Source: Candidatus Parvarchaeota archaeon (GTDB lineage: Archaea; Nanobdellota; Nanobdellia; JAFCGN01). From it: 53,166 nucleotides of DNA. Below, in pieces: positions 9,215 through 19,352 of the stretch (within the stretch, counting starts at the first letter, position 1; each line of letters begins with the position of its first letter). The stretch lies in NCBI GenBank assembly GCA_017608045.1, contig JAFCGN010000007.1, forward strand, positions 1 through 53,166, written 5' to 3'. Below the pieces are notes generated by a model. That model was not told where the DNA came from. It made no database searches and was given only the letters and a program-made list of their open reading frames with translations. The position numbers and the translations under genes were made by a program.

Positions 9215-10732
9215 ATGAATAATATGGAAACAGAATTAAGCGCAATTGAAAGAAAGACACTTTCTTTAATCAAGAATTTGAAGAGCTTTCAATCTGTTGA
9301 AGTTCTTGCTGAAAAAACAGGAATGAAAAAGGATTCTTTAATTAAAGCATTAAGTATTCTTGAAGAGAAGGGCTTTGTTGATAAAAAAGAGAAGGTTTTG
9401 GAGGAGGTATCTTTAACAAAAACAGGAATAAGTGTTGTGAAAAAAGGGTTTCCTGAAAAAATATTTTTGAATGGTCTTAAAAAACCTGTAGGCATTAAGG
9501 ATTACAAAAAAAAGAGTAAATTGAAAGAACAAGAATTTAACATAAGCATGGGTTTGTTAAAAAGAAATGATTGTATAAAAATTGAGAAAGGATTAATATG
9601 CAAAAAAAATAATGAAAAATTTTTGAAAGAATTAAATCAAAAAGAGGAACTCATAAACAAAATCAATAAGAAAAAACCCTTTTATTTAAAGAAAGAAGAT
9701 GAAAAATATGTGGAGGAGTTTTTGAAAAGAGGGCTTGTTGTCAAGAAAATAAGAGTTGTTAGGCAATATAGGATTAATGAAAATGGTAAAAAAATTTTGA
9801 AAAATTTAAAAGAAGATTTAATAGAAAAACTCACACCAAAAATGATTTTAGATGGAACTTGGAAGAATAAAAAGTTTCGCTCTTATAATCTTAGAACAAA
9901 GTATCCAAGTTCTTTTGGGAAAAAGCATTTTCTTAAAGAAATGACAGGATTAATTAAACAAATTTTTATTGAGATGGGCTTTAAAGAAATGAAGAGTGAT
10001 TATGTTGAAACTTGTTTTTGGAATTTTGACAATTGTTTTATGAGGCAGGATCATCCTAATAGGGAGATAATGGACACTTATTTTTTAAAATACCCTTCTA
10101 AAGGAAGGATTCCTGAGGATTTAAGCAAAATAATTAAGAGTGTTCATGAGGACGGGTGGAAAACAGGTAGTAAGGGGTGGGGTGGTGAATGGAGTAAAAA
10201 AGAAGCAGAAAAACTTATTTTGAGAACTCATACAACAGCAACAACTTTTAGAATGCTTTCAAAATGTTTTAAACCACCGTATAAATTTTTTAGTGTTGAT
10301 AGAATTTTCAGAAATGAAACGCTTGATTTTAAACATCTTCACGAGTTTCATCAAGTAGAAGGAGTTATTGTAGCAGATAAACCTTTAAGTCTTGCAAATC
10401 TAATAGCAGTACTTAAAGAATTTTATAAGAAGATGGGTGTGAAAAAATTAAGATTTAAACCAACATATAATCCTTATACAGAACCAAGTATGGAGATTTT
10501 TGCTTATTTACCTAAACTAAAAAAATGGGTTGAACTCGGAAATTCCGGTGTTTTTAGACCAGAAGTATTGCTTCCTCATGGAATAACAAAACCTGTAATC
10601 GCATGGGGGCTTGGGCTTGAAAGATTAGCAATGCTTTGTTATGGTATTGATGACATAAGACAAGTTTATGGGCATTTTGTTGATGTTGAAAATATAAAGA
10701 AAACAAAACCAATATTTAAGGTGAGTGAATAA
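9215..10732 (+). CDS. pheS: Phenylalanine--tRNA ligase alpha subunit
   Basis: FWNFD..F..QDHP.R, LRTHTT, FRNETLD..H..EFHQVEG, YNPYTEPS, WGLGLERLAM; archaeal N-terminal wHTH extension. Confidence 0.97.
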   Translation: MNNMETELSAIERKTLSLIKNLKSFQSVEVLAEKTGMKKDSLIKALSILEEKGFVDKKEKVLEEVSLTKTGISVVKKGFPEKIFLNGLKKPVGIKDYKKKSKLKEQEFNISMGLLKRNDCIKIEKGLICKKNNEKFLKELNQKEELINKINKKKPFYLKKEDEKYVEEFLKRGLVVKKIRVVRQYRINENGKKILKNLKEDLIEKLTPKMILDGTWKNKKFRSYNLRTKYPSSFGKKHFLKEMTGLIKQIFIEMGFKEMKSDYVETCFWNFDNCFMRQDHPNREIMDTYFLKYPSKGRIPEDLSKIIKSVHEDGWKTGSKGWGGEWSKKEAEKLILRTHTTATTFRMLSKCFKPPYKFFSVDRIFRNETLDFKHLHEFHQVEGVIVADKPLSLANLIAVLKEFYKKMGVKKLRFKPTYNPYTEPSMEIFAYLPKLKKWVELGNSGVFRPEVLLPHGITKPVIAWGLGLERLAMLCYGIDDIRQVYGHFVDVENIKKTKPIFKVSE

Positions 10733-12387
10733 TGGTAACATTAAATACTTCTTTTAAAAGATTAAAAAAATTGTTAGGAGCAAGAATAACTCTTGAAGAG
10801 CTTGAAGAAAAATTATTTCAATATGGAATGGAACTTGATGGCGTTAATGGGGATGAATTAATTATTGACATTACTCCTGATAGAGCAGATATGGTGTCCC
10901 CGCAAGGATTAGCAAGAGCATTAAAACCATTTCTTGGTTTGGACTCAATAAAATATAAAGTGAAGGAAACAAAAAACAAGTTCATAATTGCAAAAGAGCT
11001 TGCATCAATACGTCCTTTTGCTGTTGGTGCAATTGTTAAGAATGTTAATTTTACAGATGACTTAATAAAAGAAATTATTTGGGTGCAGGAAAAACTTCAT
11101 GCAACTTATTGCAGGAATAGAAGGAAAGCAGCAATAGGCATTTACCCATTAGATAACATTAAATTTCCTGTTTATTTTAAGGCGAAATCTCCAAAAGAAA
11201 TAAAGTTCATTCCTCTTGATTTCAATGAAGAGCTTACTGGAGATGAAATTTTGAAAAAGCATCCTACTGGGATAAAATACGCTCACCTTATTAATAAATT
11301 CAGTAAATATCCAGTGCTTGAAGATAGTGAAGGAAAAATTTTGTCCATGCCTCCAATAATAAATTCAGAAATAATGGGCAAGGTGACAAAAAATACAAAA
11401 GATGTTTTTATTGAAGTTACAGGAACAAATCTTGAAACAGTAAATCAAATACTTACTTTAATGGCAACAGTTATTGCACATGAAACAGGAATAATTGAGA
11501 AATTAATTACTGTGCTACCAAATAAAGAAATTAAAACCCCTCTTCTTGAAGGAGAAAAAATGAGTGTTGTTTTTAATAATGTTAAGGAATTAATTGGAGT
11601 AGAACTCACGAGCGGTCAAATTAAGAGATTACTTAAAATGATGGATTATGAAATTTTAAGCGAAACAGAAAATGATATTATTGTAAAAACTCCTTTTTAT
11701 AGAACAGATATCCTTCATGAAGTGGATGTGATTGATGATATTGCAAGAGCATATGGATTTGAAAACATTGTTCCTAAAATGCCTTCTGTAAGCACAACAG
11801 GTGGTCTGCGAGACGAAACTCTTTTTATTGAAAAATTAAGGGATTTTATGATAGGAAATGGTTATCTTGAGGAATATACTTTTGCATTAACAACAGAAGA
11901 AGAACAGTATAAAAAAATGAATGTAAGAATACAACCTCCTCATGCAACAGTAATTGAAGCAAAAAGTCCTTACTATTCGCTTAGAACATGGGTTTTACCT
12001 GAATTGCTTAAATGCGTTGAACAAAACTTGCATAGAGATTTCCCCATGAAATTATTTGATATTGGGGATGTAATAATTCCTCATGAAAAATATGAAGTAA
12101 AAGCAAAGAATGAACTGCATTTAGGAGTAATTAATGTTTCTGATAAAGCAGGGTATGAAAGTATTAAAAAAGTTTTTGACGCTTTAGTTGAAACATTTGA
12201 TTTCAAGTTTGAATTAAAAAAGAGTAATCATGATTCTTTTATTCAAGGAAGATCAGCAGACATTTATTACAAGAATAAAAGGATAGGCGTGATGGGGGAG
12301 TTGCACCCGAAAGTTATCACGAATTTTGGTATTAAACTGCCTGTAGTAGCAATGGAAATAAGTTTTGAAGATTTAAATATTTATTAA
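10732..12387 (+). CDS. pheT: Phenylalanine--tRNA ligase beta subunit
   Basis: TPDRADM, QEKLH, SMPPIINS, RTDILHEVDVIDDIARAYG, GELHP; overlaps the pheS stop. Confidence 0.97.
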   Translation: MVTLNTSFKRLKKLLGARITLEELEEKLFQYGMELDGVNGDELIIDITPDRADMVSPQGLARALKPFLGLDSIKYKVKETKNKFIIAKELASIRPFAVGAIVKNVNFTDDLIKEIIWVQEKLHATYCRNRRKAAIGIYPLDNIKFPVYFKAKSPKEIKFIPLDFNEELTGDEILKKHPTGIKYAHLINKFSKYPVLEDSEGKILSMPPIINSEIMGKVTKNTKDVFIEVTGTNLETVNQILTLMATVIAHETGIIEKLITVLPNKEIKTPLLEGEKMSVVFNNVKELIGVELTSGQIKRLLKMMDYEILSETENDIIVKTPFYRTDILHEVDVIDDIARAYGFENIVPKMPSVSTTGGLRDETLFIEKLRDFMIGNGYLEEYTFALTTEEEQYKKMNVRIQPPHATVIEAKSPYYSLRTWVLPELLKCVEQNLHRDFPMKLFDIGDVIIPHEKYEVKAKNELHLGVINVSDKAGYESIKKVFDALVETFDFKFELKKSNHDSFIQGRSADIYYKNKRIGVMGELHPKVITNFGIKLPVVAMEISFEDLNIY

Positions 12388-12426
12388 ATATTTATAAAGT
12401 ATAATTTATTATAAGCAGATTATTAG

Positions 12427-13002
12427 GTGATTAAAAAAATGTTCAGCACTAAAAGATTAAGGTTTAGGGAAGTAAGAACAGAGGATGTTCAAGAAATAAT
12501 GAAGAATTGGAATAATTACAATATAAGAAGAAATCTTGGCCAAGTTTTGTTCCCAACATCAAAAGAACAAGAAGAGGAGTGGGTGAAGGAAACTTGGAGT
12601 GATGCTAAAAAAGGAAGTGCTTTCACTTTCGCAATTGAGATAAAAAAAACAAAAGAATTAATCGGCACAATCTCTCTTTTTAAAATAAACAAGGTTTCAA
12701 GACATGCTGAACTCGGGATTGCGATTTATTCAAGCAAGCATCATGGGAAGGGTTATGGCACTGAAGCAATGAAATTCATTTTACAATACGGTTTTCAAGT
12801 ATTAAATCTTGAAACAATTCATTTAGGAGTTTGTGAGTTTAATAAACCAGCAAGACATGTTTATGAAAAAGTTGGGTTCAAAAAACAAGGAAGAAAAAGG
12901 AATTTTGTTTTCAGAGAAGGGAAATCATATGATTTACTCTTATATGACATAACAAAAAAAGAATGGAGTGAATTAAATCAAGAAGTTATTTCAGAATTCT
13001 AA
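12427..13002 (+). CDS. GNAT acetyltransferase, RimJ/RimL family
   Basis: TKRLRFR, AELGIAI, HGKGYGTEA, N..A..VYEKVGF..QG. The start may be ATG 12439. Confidence 0.9.
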   Translation: MIKKMFSTKRLRFREVRTEDVQEIMKNWNNYNIRRNLGQVLFPTSKEQEEEWVKETWSDAKKGSAFTFAIEIKKTKELIGTISLFKINKVSRHAELGIAIYSSKHHGKGYGTEAMKFILQYGFQVLNLETIHLGVCEFNKPARHVYEKVGFKKQGRKRNFVFREGKSYDLLLYDITKKEWSELNQEVISEF

Positions 13003-13035
13003 GCAGAAAACAATGATTCAAAAAATGAGTTCTAA

Positions 13036-13719
13036 TTATTTCTTAACTAACACTGCTTTATTTATGACAACATTTCCTGAGTATTCATTCTCCATTCTTA
13101 TTTCATATTCTAATATCTTAACTTTTTTTTTGAAAAAAGGAGCATCAAAAACAAAGGTTTCTAATTCACCACCCTCCCCTGCTAAACTAAAATAACATTT
13201 TTTTTGAAGCTCTTTCAATTTTTTTAATAGTTCAAAATCATATTCCCTCCCGAGAAACCTTTTTTCCAAAGGATAACTTGCAATCCTGCTTATAATAAAC
13301 TTAATCCCGGATTTAATTGCATAATTAACTTCCTCTTCTTCATTCATCTGCCACAAAGGATTAAAACATTTTAATTTTAATTTATCGCAAATTTTTTGAA
13401 TTCTTGAAGATTGATAAACAGATTTTATTGCTCCTGTTATTATTCCCTTTATTTTATACTCACTCTTTGCTTCCCTTATTGCTTCCTCAAGTTCTTTTAA
13501 CTCTTTTTCCTTTTCCCCTCTTGTTGTTTTTTGAATTAATGGCAATTCCATTGCTCTTGCTTGCAATTCAACTAAATTAATGTTTGGAGTGTGAAACATG
13601 AAACTATCAGGATTCTTGCTTATAATACTGATTAAGCATACAACATCATGCTTTTTTAACACTTCATTCATTGCTAAACAAGAATCCTTACCGCCACTAA
13701 ATAAGACGCCAACACGCAT
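13036..13719 (-). CDS. dph6: Diphthine--ammonia ligase (Dph6/DUF71 PP-loop ATPase)
   Basis: LFSGGKDS PP-loop, SFMFH, GAI.S.YQ, PLW, GEGGELETFV.DAP.F; start taken at MRVGV. Confidence 0.9.
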   Translation of the reverse strand: MRVGVLFSGGKDSCLAMNEVLKKHDVVCLISIISKNPDSFMFHTPNINLVELQARAMELPLIQKTTRGEKEKELKELEEAIREAKSEYKIKGIITGAIKSVYQSSRIQKICDKLKLKCFNPLWQMNEEEEVNYAIKSGIKFIISRIASYPLEKRFLGREYDFELLKKLKELQKKCYFSLAGEGGELETFVFDAPFFKKKVKILEYEIRMENEYSGNVVINKAVLVKK

Positions 13720-13861
13720 ATTTCTTTTTCCAATTACTTTTATTAAAAATGTTTTCATTTCTTGTTAATCACAGATTTTTTAAGAAATTTTAACAACAAC
13801 TTGCGTGGTTGCATATAATTATATATAATAAATTTAATACTACTTCTTGGTGATAATAAAA

Positions 13862-14209
13862 ATGTCTTTGGATGAAGTTGTTGATTTGCCATCAGTTAAA
13901 ATGAGGGAAATGAATCAAGAGAAGGGTTTGATTAGAACTCTTTTAGAAGATAAAAGAGGTTATTTTCCACCACCAATTAGAAAACCAAAGAAAAAAGTCT
14001 CATATCTTGACAAAATTATAGGTCTTGTGAATGGTATTGGCCTTGGTCTTACATCCGCTGCTATTGCTAAATGTGCAGTAGATCTTGGAGAACCTGCAAG
14101 TCATGTGCTTTATCCTCTTTCAGCAATGTTTGCAGGTCTTGCTTTTATGGTTCCAATTGCTTACCTAACTGGTGCAGTGGGAAGAACATATAGAACAGAT
14201 GAGGAGTAA
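13862..14209 (+). CDS. Hypothetical membrane protein (2 TM)
   Basis: GGTGAT RBS-like motif upstream of ATG 13862; two hydrophobic Gly/Ala-rich segments. Confidence 0.65.
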   Translation: MSLDEVVDLPSVKMREMNQEKGLIRTLLEDKRGYFPPPIRKPKKKVSYLDKIIGLVNGIGLGLTSAAIAKCAVDLGEPASHVLYPLSAMFAGLAFMVPIAYLTGAVGRTYRTDEE

Positions 14210-14250
14210 GGATGTAACAAACTTATTTAAATCTTTTTTATTTTTTTTTA

Positions 14251-14943
14251 TTATTTCCATGCTAATTCAAATAATTTTCTCATTAATTTTGCAAAATTTT
14301 TATCACGAATAATAATTGTTTCATTTGATTCAATTAATGCTATCCAAACTAATTTGTCATCAATTATTGAACCTGCAATATTATCAAATTCAAATTTTTT
14401 TATTTTCAATTCTGGGAAATTTTTTTTCCATTTTTTTATATTTTCTTTAGTGTTCTCATCGTATTTTGCAAGTATTTTTAGTTTTACGCCTCTTTCAATA
14501 TTCTCTTTTGTTTTTTTGACAAAAAAAGGATTCCATTCTGAAGAAAATTTAAAAGAATATTGATATTTTTTTGCTGCAGGAATTCCTTTTATTATTTTGT
14601 AAAAGTTTCTTTGCCCTTTCACAATTTCAACAGGTTCTGTTAAGGTTTCACTATAAATTTTTTTTGCTTTTTCTAACTCTTTTTTTATTTCTTGAAGTTC
14701 TTTTTCTTTTTTTTTCAAAGATTCAAGAAGCACATCAGGTGTTGCAGGCACGAATTTTTTAATTTTTTCTGGAATTATTTTAATTAAGTTTTTGCTTACT
14801 AAACTATTTAATACATCATAAATTCTCCCATATGGAACACCAGAGCTTTCACTTATCTTATATGCAGTTGCTTTGCCAAGTTTAACAAGAGTTTCATAAC
14901 AATCTGACTCATACTTATTAAGGCCTAAAATTTTTAAATCCAT
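14251..14943 (-). CDS. TrmB family transcriptional regulator
   Basis: LGLNKYESDCY..L, ISESSGVPYGRIYDVLNSL..K; C-terminal effector domain (RGVKLKIL, IIDDK). Confidence 0.92.
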   Translation of the reverse strand: MDLKILGLNKYESDCYETLVKLGKATAYKISESSGVPYGRIYDVLNSLVSKNLIKIIPEKIKKFVPATPDVLLESLKKKEKELQEIKKELEKAKKIYSETLTEPVEIVKGQRNFYKIIKGIPAAKKYQYSFKFSSEWNPFFVKKTKENIERGVKLKILAKYDENTKENIKKWKKNFPELKIKKFEFDNIAGSIIDDKLVWIALIESNETIIIRDKNFAKLMRKLFELAWK

Positions 14944-15080
14944 ACAACAACTATGGTTGTTATTAAATATTAATTTTGTTATTTAATAAATTGAAAAATT
15001 TTTTAAAAATATTTTGTGGTTAATTATTATTTTAAATAAAGTTTATTTAAGTTTAAATTTCATTAATTTAGGCGATAACC

Positions 15081-16004
15081 ATGATAACAATTTATAAGAA
15101 AGTTAAGGGTGGAGAATTAAGACAGCAGAAGAGATTAAGTAAGGGTTGTTGGATTGATGTGGTTGAGCCAACAGAAAGTGAAGTGGAAGATTTTGTAAAT
15201 TTTCTTAAAATACCTCCTGATTTTATAACAAGTGCTCTTGATGAAGAGGAAAGACCAAGGTATGAAGTTGAGGGAGGGAATAAACTTTTTATTTTTAGTG
15301 TTCCATTTGAAGAAAATAATAATTTGCGCACATTTCCTCTTGCTATTATCATAACAAAAAATTATTTTCTTACAATTCATAAAAAACAATTTAATTTTTT
15401 AAAAGATTTTATTGAAGATAAGGTGAAATCTTTTTCAACAACAATGAAGATAAGGTTTTTACTTCAAATATTGTTAAGAATTAACAATCAATTTATGAAA
15501 TACATTCATGAATTGGAAAAATCAATAAACAAAATTGAAGCAAAACTCGTGACTTCTTTAAACAACAAAGAAATTGTTAGACTCTTAACAATTCAGAAAA
15601 CCTTAACTTATTTTCATAATGCGGGCATATCTAATCACAGGGTTTTTAATACAATCTTGAATAGTAATATTGTAAAATTATTTGAAGAAGATGTTGATGT
15701 GCTTGAGGATGTAATAATTGAAAACAAGCAGTATATAGAAATGATTTCAAATTATAATAATATTGTTTCTGGAATGTTAGATGCTTATGCTTCCATTGTT
15801 TCAAACAATTTGAATATTGTAATGAAGGTTCTTGCAGTTATAACAATTATTTTATCAATTCCAACAATAATAACCAGTTTTTATGGCATGAATGTAGTTC
15901 TTCCATTGCAAAATAATTCAAACGCTTACTTGTTTGTAATACTCTTGTCCTTTTTTTCAATGTTTTTGCTTACTTTTATTTTTAAGAAGATGAATTGGTT
16001 ATAG
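15081..16004 (+). CDS. corA: CorA family Mg2+ transporter
   Basis: WIDVVEPT, ALDEEERPR, NNLNIVMKVL, YGMNV signature with two C-terminal TMs. Confidence 0.95.
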   Translation: MITIYKKVKGGELRQQKRLSKGCWIDVVEPTESEVEDFVNFLKIPPDFITSALDEEERPRYEVEGGNKLFIFSVPFEENNNLRTFPLAIIITKNYFLTIHKKQFNFLKDFIEDKVKSFSTTMKIRFLLQILLRINNQFMKYIHELEKSINKIEAKLVTSLNNKEIVRLLTIQKTLTYFHNAGISNHRVFNTILNSNIVKLFEEDVDVLEDVIIENKQYIEMISNYNNIVSGMLDAYASIVSNNLNIVMKVLAVITIILSIPTIITSFYGMNVVLPLQNNSNAYLFVILLSFFSMFLLTFIFKKMNWL

Positions 16005-16021
16005 ATGTATTAACTAATTTT

Positions 16022-16633
16022 TTAATTTTTTTTTGAAATAAATCTTATCATTGATTCGCAATTGTTTTTTTCAATAATTTTGAAGCCAACGCTTTCAAAT
16101 AATTGGAAAATTTCTTTTTCTTCAAACAAATAATAGTATCTTTTTCCTTTATTTTTCCAACCAATTAATTTTTCTTTTTCTTTTTCTCTTTTGAATCTTT
16201 TATTATTTTTGTTCCAGACCATTACAAGAAGTTCAGCATTTGGTTTTAAAACCCGGAACATTTCTTTAATTGCTTTTAAATGCTTTTCTTTTTTCAAGCA
16301 ATGCAATGCTGAAATGCAGATTCCGCCATCAAAGAAATTATCTTTATATGGAAGACAAGTCATGTCAGCAACACAGAATTCTGCTTTAATTTTTTTCTTT
16401 TCAGCATTTTTTTTAGCAAGTTCAATCATTTTTTCTGAAAAATCAACTAAATACATTTTACCATTTTTGATTTTTTTTAAATGCCTTCCAGAACCTGCAC
16501 CAATATCTATTATTTTTCCTGATTGTTTTGAAAGGAATTTCTCTGATAATTTTGAACTCTTTTTTTTGAATTCATTCCATTCAGGAGCAATGGTGTTCCA
16601 AACTTTTTTTTGTTCTTTAATTAAGTTTTTCAT
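16022..16633 (-). CDS. Class I SAM-dependent methyltransferase
   Basis: IIDIGAGSGR, VDFSEKMI, ADM..LPY.D..FD, ISALH, RVLKP; RYYYLF is reminiscent of Trm9/ALKBH8-type enzymes. Confidence 0.9.
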   Translation of the reverse strand: MKNLIKEQKKVWNTIAPEWNEFKKKSSKLSEKFLSKQSGKIIDIGAGSGRHLKKIKNGKMYLVDFSEKMIELAKKNAEKKKIKAEFCVADMTCLPYKDNFFDGGICISALHCLKKEKHLKAIKEMFRVLKPNAELLVMVWNKNNKRFKREKEKEKLIGWKNKGKRYYYLFEEKEIFQLFESVGFKIIEKNNCESMIRFISKKN

Positions 16634-16746
16634 TAATAAATAACAAGAAAAAGGAATTATTAAAAACTTAACTTATAAAGAATAATATTTTAAATTTTTT
16701 AAAAAATTAACAAAGTAAATAAAGGTAATGTGCATAATATTTTCTT

Positions 16747-17064
16747 ATGGTAAGGAAAACAAAGCAAAACAAGACAATGAAAGCAAAAGTAATTAAGAGT
16801 GAAGTAGAGGATTACAAGGATAAAGTGATCTTGATTTCAGGGATTTTCGTTTTTTCTATGATGTTCTTATCGTTTGTCGTTGAATCAAGCATTCTAACAA
16901 TATTAATAACTCTTTTAATAGTTGGGTCAGATATTTATTGCGTAGTAGCAGGCATTAAACTTTTGAAACTCAAATACAGGTTAGCACCTTATATATTAAC
17001 AGTTTACGGCATTTACCTTTTATACTTTATACTTTCATTCCTGTATTTATCAACTATTGGTTAA
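16747..17064 (+). CDS. Hypothetical membrane protein (3 TM)
   Basis: ORF with three hydrophobic segments. Confidence 0.65.
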   Translation: MVRKTKQNKTMKAKVIKSEVEDYKDKVILISGIFVFSMMFLSFVVESSILTILITLLIVGSDIYCVVAGIKLLKLKYRLAPYILTVYGIYLLYFILSFLYLSTIG

Positions 17065-17140
17065 ATTCTTATTCTTATTTTTTTTTAATTAATAATCTTT
17101 AACACTAAATTTATTATTGTAATTTGATTTTCAAAAAAAT

Positions 17141-17494
17141 ATGAAGAGAAAAGGCACGAATGCTGAAAGAGAATTAATGCATAAATTATGGAATCAAGGA
17201 TTTGCAGTTGTAAGAGCAGCAGGAAGCGGTTCAACAACTCTTCCAAACCCTGATTTGTTTGCTTCTTTTGAAGGTAAGAATTATGCTATTGAATGCAAGT
17301 GCACTAAAAATAAATTTATAAGAATAAGGAGGGAACAGCTTGAAAACTTGAAGATTTTTTCAAGAAGAGCAGGTGCAAAGCCAATTATTGCTGTGAAATT
17401 TATAAATAATGGATGGAGGTTCTATGAAGCAAATAAATTGGTTTTGAAATATGAAGAAGGTGTTAGGAGTTTTTATCAAAAGAAACTTTTTTAG
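17141..17494 (+). CDS. hjc: Archaeal Holliday junction resolvase
   Basis: KG..AEREL...L...GFAVVRAAGSG, PDL, AIECK. Confidence 0.95.
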   Translation: MKRKGTNAERELMHKLWNQGFAVVRAAGSGSTTLPNPDLFASFEGKNYAIECKCTKNKFIRIRREQLENLKIFSRRAGAKPIIAVKFINNGWRFYEANKLVLKYEEGVRSFYQKKLF

Positions 17495-17794
17495 AAGTCT
17501 TTTTAATAAAATATTTTTTATTGATTATACTCATTCAAGGTTTTTTTAATGAATTAAAAAAATTGAATGAAGAATTATGCTTAAATCTTCTGTAAATAAA
17601 AGAAGTATGTTTGTTTTTAGTGAAGAGAGAATTTGACAAAGAAAGAGTAAAAATGATGGGTGGGGATGAGAAATTAGTGAAAAAAGAAAAAAATCTTTTG
17701 AATTTGCTTGTTGATTATGCGTTAGATGAATTTATTTTGAATATTGTAAAGAATATAATAAATATTTAAAAAAAGCAATTTTTGTGAATATTTT

Positions 17795-18154
17795 ATGAGA
17801 TTATACAGGGTTAAAAACGAGGAATTAATGAGTCATGCAATTGATTGGCAGAATGAAATTTTTAATTTAGTGTCTCTTTTAAGGGAAGTTGATGAAAATG
17901 ACAAACAAGTGAATTCTTTTTTAATAAACTTATTGGATGGTTTTAATGCCTTTCTTTATTGGAAATGGCCAAACAAGCATTCAGAGGAGGAATTAAAAAT
18001 TATTGAAGAAAAAGGAAATTTTGTAAAAGAGTATTTTCAAAAAAAAGCAAAAGAAAGCGAATTGCCTGGGAATTCAAAATACTATAAGAAGATGGCGAGC
18101 ATAACAAAAGAAACCATAAATTATATTTTGAATTCTCAATATAAATTGCAGTAA
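17795..18154 (+). CDS. Hypothetical protein
   Basis: 119-aa ORF with genome-typical composition; no motif recognised. Confidence 0.6.
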   Translation: MRLYRVKNEELMSHAIDWQNEIFNLVSLLREVDENDKQVNSFLINLLDGFNAFLYWKWPNKHSEEELKIIEEKGNFVKEYFQKKAKESELPGNSKYYKKMASITKETINYILNSQYKLQ

Positions 18155-18237
18155 GCCCTTGGTGAGATTCGAACTCACGACCCCTGCCTTTCTTGTAGGA
18201 TTACGAGGGCAGTGCTCTACCACTGAGCTACAAGGGC
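18154..18237 (-). tRNA. tRNA-Thr(CGT) with 12-nt intron at 37/38 (intron 18190-18201)
   Basis: Minus strand: GCCCTTG TAGCTCAGTGGTAGAGC A CTGCC CTCGTA[ATCCTACAAGAA]A GGCAG GGGTC GTGAG TTCGAAT CTCAC CAAGGGC T; all stems pair. Confidence 0.93.
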
Positions 18238-18284
18238 GCTTGTTTGACTATCTTTATTAATTAAATTTGTTTATTAATTTGCAT

Positions 18285-18839
18285 ATGTTTGATATAAATT
18301 TATTGTTTAATTTTGATTTAGAAGCAATTAAGTTTTTTTTAGTAACTGTTTTAATTAATGCAAAAGATATATTTTTAGCGCCTTTAGGTGATTTTGATGT
18401 TTTTTGGACGCTTCTTCCTGTTTATGTTTCATGGATACAAGCAGAATTTTTTGTTGAAAGAGAAAAAACAAGTTATGCAAACGCATTTACTAATGGTTTT
18501 GCTATGATTTGGGCAAGTGCTAATTGGCTTAAATATTTAATAGATACTCCCTCGCAAGCAAATGATTTTAAACTCTTTGTTTCTGTTTTATTCATAATTT
18601 ATGGGATTTCTGTATGGATTAATGCATATCTTGGTAAAAAAATTGCAGTTTTAATTGGAAAACAAGTTTTGATAAGTTTCTTCATTATTGTTTTCTCACC
18701 ATATATTTTTGGAATTGTTGATTTGAATTTAAGTAATTTCACAAGCATGTTGCTTGTTTTTTTCTTTATATGGTTTGTTTTTTCTATTCTTAAGAGGGTT
18801 CTTCCAGAACCTAAGGGGATTGTAGAAGATGGGAATTAA
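18285..18839 (+). CDS. Hypothetical integral membrane protein
   Basis: About 5 TM segments; W.LLPVY..W...E and SYANAFTNG..M.W motifs look conserved. Confidence 0.75.
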   Translation: MFDINLLFNFDLEAIKFFLVTVLINAKDIFLAPLGDFDVFWTLLPVYVSWIQAEFFVEREKTSYANAFTNGFAMIWASANWLKYLIDTPSQANDFKLFVSVLFIIYGISVWINAYLGKKIAVLIGKQVLISFFIIVFSPYIFGIVDLNLSNFTSMLLVFFFIWFVFSILKRVLPEPKGIVEDGN

Positions 18840-18881
18840 AAATAATAAAATAATAAATAATTGTGTAGAATAAAATATATT

Positions 18882-19352
18882 ATGCCTTATAAAGAATTTA
18901 AACCAAAAAAAAGAGTTATTCTGGTTTGGTTTTATGAAAAAGCAATGTTTTTTAGCTTGCTCATGCTTTTTATTTTCACATTTCTTTTAACACTTGTTGC
19001 ATTTTCAAACGTTAATGTTGTTGAATTTTACAGACCGTTTCTCTTTGCTTTTTTTGTTGCATTCAATTTCACGCTTTTTCTTGTTTTAATTTATGAATGG
19101 TTGCAGAAAAAATATTTTGTTCTTCCAATAAATGTTTATGTTAGGCAAGGTAAAAAAATAAAGAAAATCTCTATTGTTGATATAAAAGAAATAAAAATAA
19201 CACAAAATAAATTAGAGAGATTATTGAAAATTGGAAAAGTGAGAATTAAAACACAAGAAGGAGAAATAATTTTAGAAGGAGTGCATTATCCTGAGAAATT
19301 AGAAATTGATTTGCTTAAAAAAGCGCACGCATTGAGAAAAGAAAGAATTTAA
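18882..19352 (+). CDS. Membrane protein with bacterial PH domain (bPH_2-like)
   Basis: Two TMs followed by I.EI.ITQ..LERLLKIGKVRIKT...L.GV..P. Confidence 0.75.
   Translation: MPYKEFKPKKRVILVWFYEKAMFFSLLMLFIFTFLLTLVAFSNVNVVEFYRPFLFAFFVAFNFTLFLVLIYEWLQKKYFVLPINVYVRQGKKIKKISIVDIKEIKITQNKLERLLKIGKVRIKTQEGEIILEGVHYPEKLEIDLLKKAHALRKERI

Noticed and set aside
17520-17770. Possible gene remnant (…LCLNLL*IKEVCLFLVKREFDKERVKM…)
   Set aside because: Looks coding-like with an internal TAA, but no recognisable family and under 60 aa after the stop.
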